A DNA stretch of 62,783 nucleotides, counting the filler, from Choristocarpus tenellus KU-1152 (Eukaryota > Protista > Phaeophyceae), in the NCBI GenBank assembly GCA_964200185.2. It is 13 parts of 13 records of this genome, joined end to end, with 100 filler letters (N's around TTAATTAATTAA, not from the genome) between each part and the next. Parts side by side here need not be neighbours in the genome. Positions count along the whole stretch, not along the records: positions 58,894 to 62,783 come from CAXNAD020017337.1; 12 more parts are not named here. One strand, 5' to 3'. Of the stretch, positions 61,501-62,783 are shown piece by piece (position 1 is the first letter of the stretch; each line of letters opens with the position of its first letter). A program made the translations under genes and the position numbers. The notes beneath the pieces were generated by a model, which ran no database searches, had not been told where the DNA came from, and saw only the letters and a list, made by a program, of their open reading frames with translations.

Positions 61501-62508
61501 TTACAGAAGTAAACGTGCTTCAAGAAGGAAATGAGTCAGGGGTGAAGAAATGCCATCGAGATTTTCCATTTCCTTCTACCTCTTCCCGGCCCTTGTTAGA
61601 GTAATATTTGTTGCATTAAACAATACTGATCACATGATACACCTCTTTTTCCAATTACATCCCGGCGTGTACTCACCCCTAGCACAAAGGAATTTTCGAG
61701 GACACTCCATCCAACATGTTCTCAGAGAATTTCCCATAAAGAGCTACATGGATTCCCATCGATCCAGGTGAGGACTGTGAGAAGCACTGCTACTTTGGAG
61801 AGGTTGATACGTAATAGTAAACTGGTTTTCTCCCAGTTGTACTCCACTCTGTGGATTGGAATTCTTGCACGACTTTTCCCCTTGTTGACATTTTGGACAA
61901 GTAGGTCAAAGCAAAACGAGAGGTACCCAGAGTTGCATTTTCAGGATGCTCACAAGTATGTATGTGCAAAATTCGACCTTTTCTACTAATGTGTACTGTC
62001 GAAACCTGAGTTCAAATGTGTTGTGCATTGTTATGCTGTGTCTAGTTTGTGACGAAGGGTATCATAGTGCAACAAAGCACCACTGAATTTGTTCTGGTAG
62101 GACTGATGGCAAATTTTACTCAATCAGACAATAGTTGATGCGAAGGTGTGATTGGCTATGCTATGGTTAGCACGTTTGGAGAAAGGTGTGTGTCATAGTG
62201 CAACAACACACCTGTTGATTCGTTCTGGTGCGTCTGACAGCATGTTATACTCAATCAGACTATGGTTGATGTGAAATGTGTGATCATTCATTGAGACACT
62301 CAAATGAAGAAATGCATGCTCTGTGAAGAGGCTTGTCACCTTAGCTGAGAAGGGTTTCGAAGGATGTTTTTAACTCTGGTTATAATGCATCCTGACGTGT
62401 GTCTGGTACATATTGCAGAGTGAGCATGATGAATTATGAAGGGGCAATGCCAGTCAAGAAAAAATATTAAACACATGATATCCAAGTGACAACTTCTTAC
62501 GTAAAGGA

Positions 62509-62765
62509 GAGCCAAAGTATCTTAGAGGGTAGAGCCGCGTCCATTTGGGGGTCAAATCCAACGATGCGATTTCGATGTAACCTTGGCTACCGTGTTTGTT
62601 AGGAAGTGTCATTATCCTTGTTCCAGACACACCTTTTCATAACGTATACATTTACCCTACTCCGAAATATTTTGGAGTAGGAAAATGTTATAAGACCCCC
62701 GAGGGAAGTCAAGCCCCAAATGGACAAACAGGGCAAATCTCGCACCCTCTTAGATACTTTCACTC
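62509..62765 (+). mobile_element. MITE family 1, complete 257-bp reference copy
   Basis: GAGCCAAAGTATCTTAGAGGGT...ACCCTCTTAGATACTTTCACTC with TSD AGGA/AGGA. Confidence 0.93.
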
Positions 62766-62783
62766 AGGAGAAGAGGCTCAAAG

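Overview
Eukaryotic, intron-rich, repeat-rich DNA, most consistent with an ochrophyte such as a brown alga. That assignment is inferred from an ASAFAP-like bipartite plastid presequence, short GT-AG exons and the TE content. The window is not contiguous: it is 13 short contigs joined by an artificial N44-TTAATTAATTAA-N44 linker, so adjacency across linkers means nothing. Host gene pieces: EFG1-like, TRF4/PAPD5-like exons, a patatin phospholipase head-to-head with an apparently complete six-exon SNM1/DCLRE1 nuclease, a Vma12-like exon and a TKL kinase exon. TEs: a Ty1/copia relic with an internal inversion, a mariner relic with a Stowaway-type TIR, an RTE-LINE relic, a hAT-like MITE, and two MITE families with 4-bp TSDs that share a CAAAGTATCT core. 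The main finding is pieces, on three contigs, of a multicopy element. It carries a spliced gene with a ParB/Srx-like domain (DGNHR), an HTH-like region, a beta-class DNA amino-methyltransferase-like fold and a SET-like domain. This gene is divergent from a Sola-type (CC..C / VCxxFFxxxFGIS) transposase N-terminus, with a repeat-rich spacer between them. All domain calls come from motif recognition by eye and need HMM or structure confirmation.
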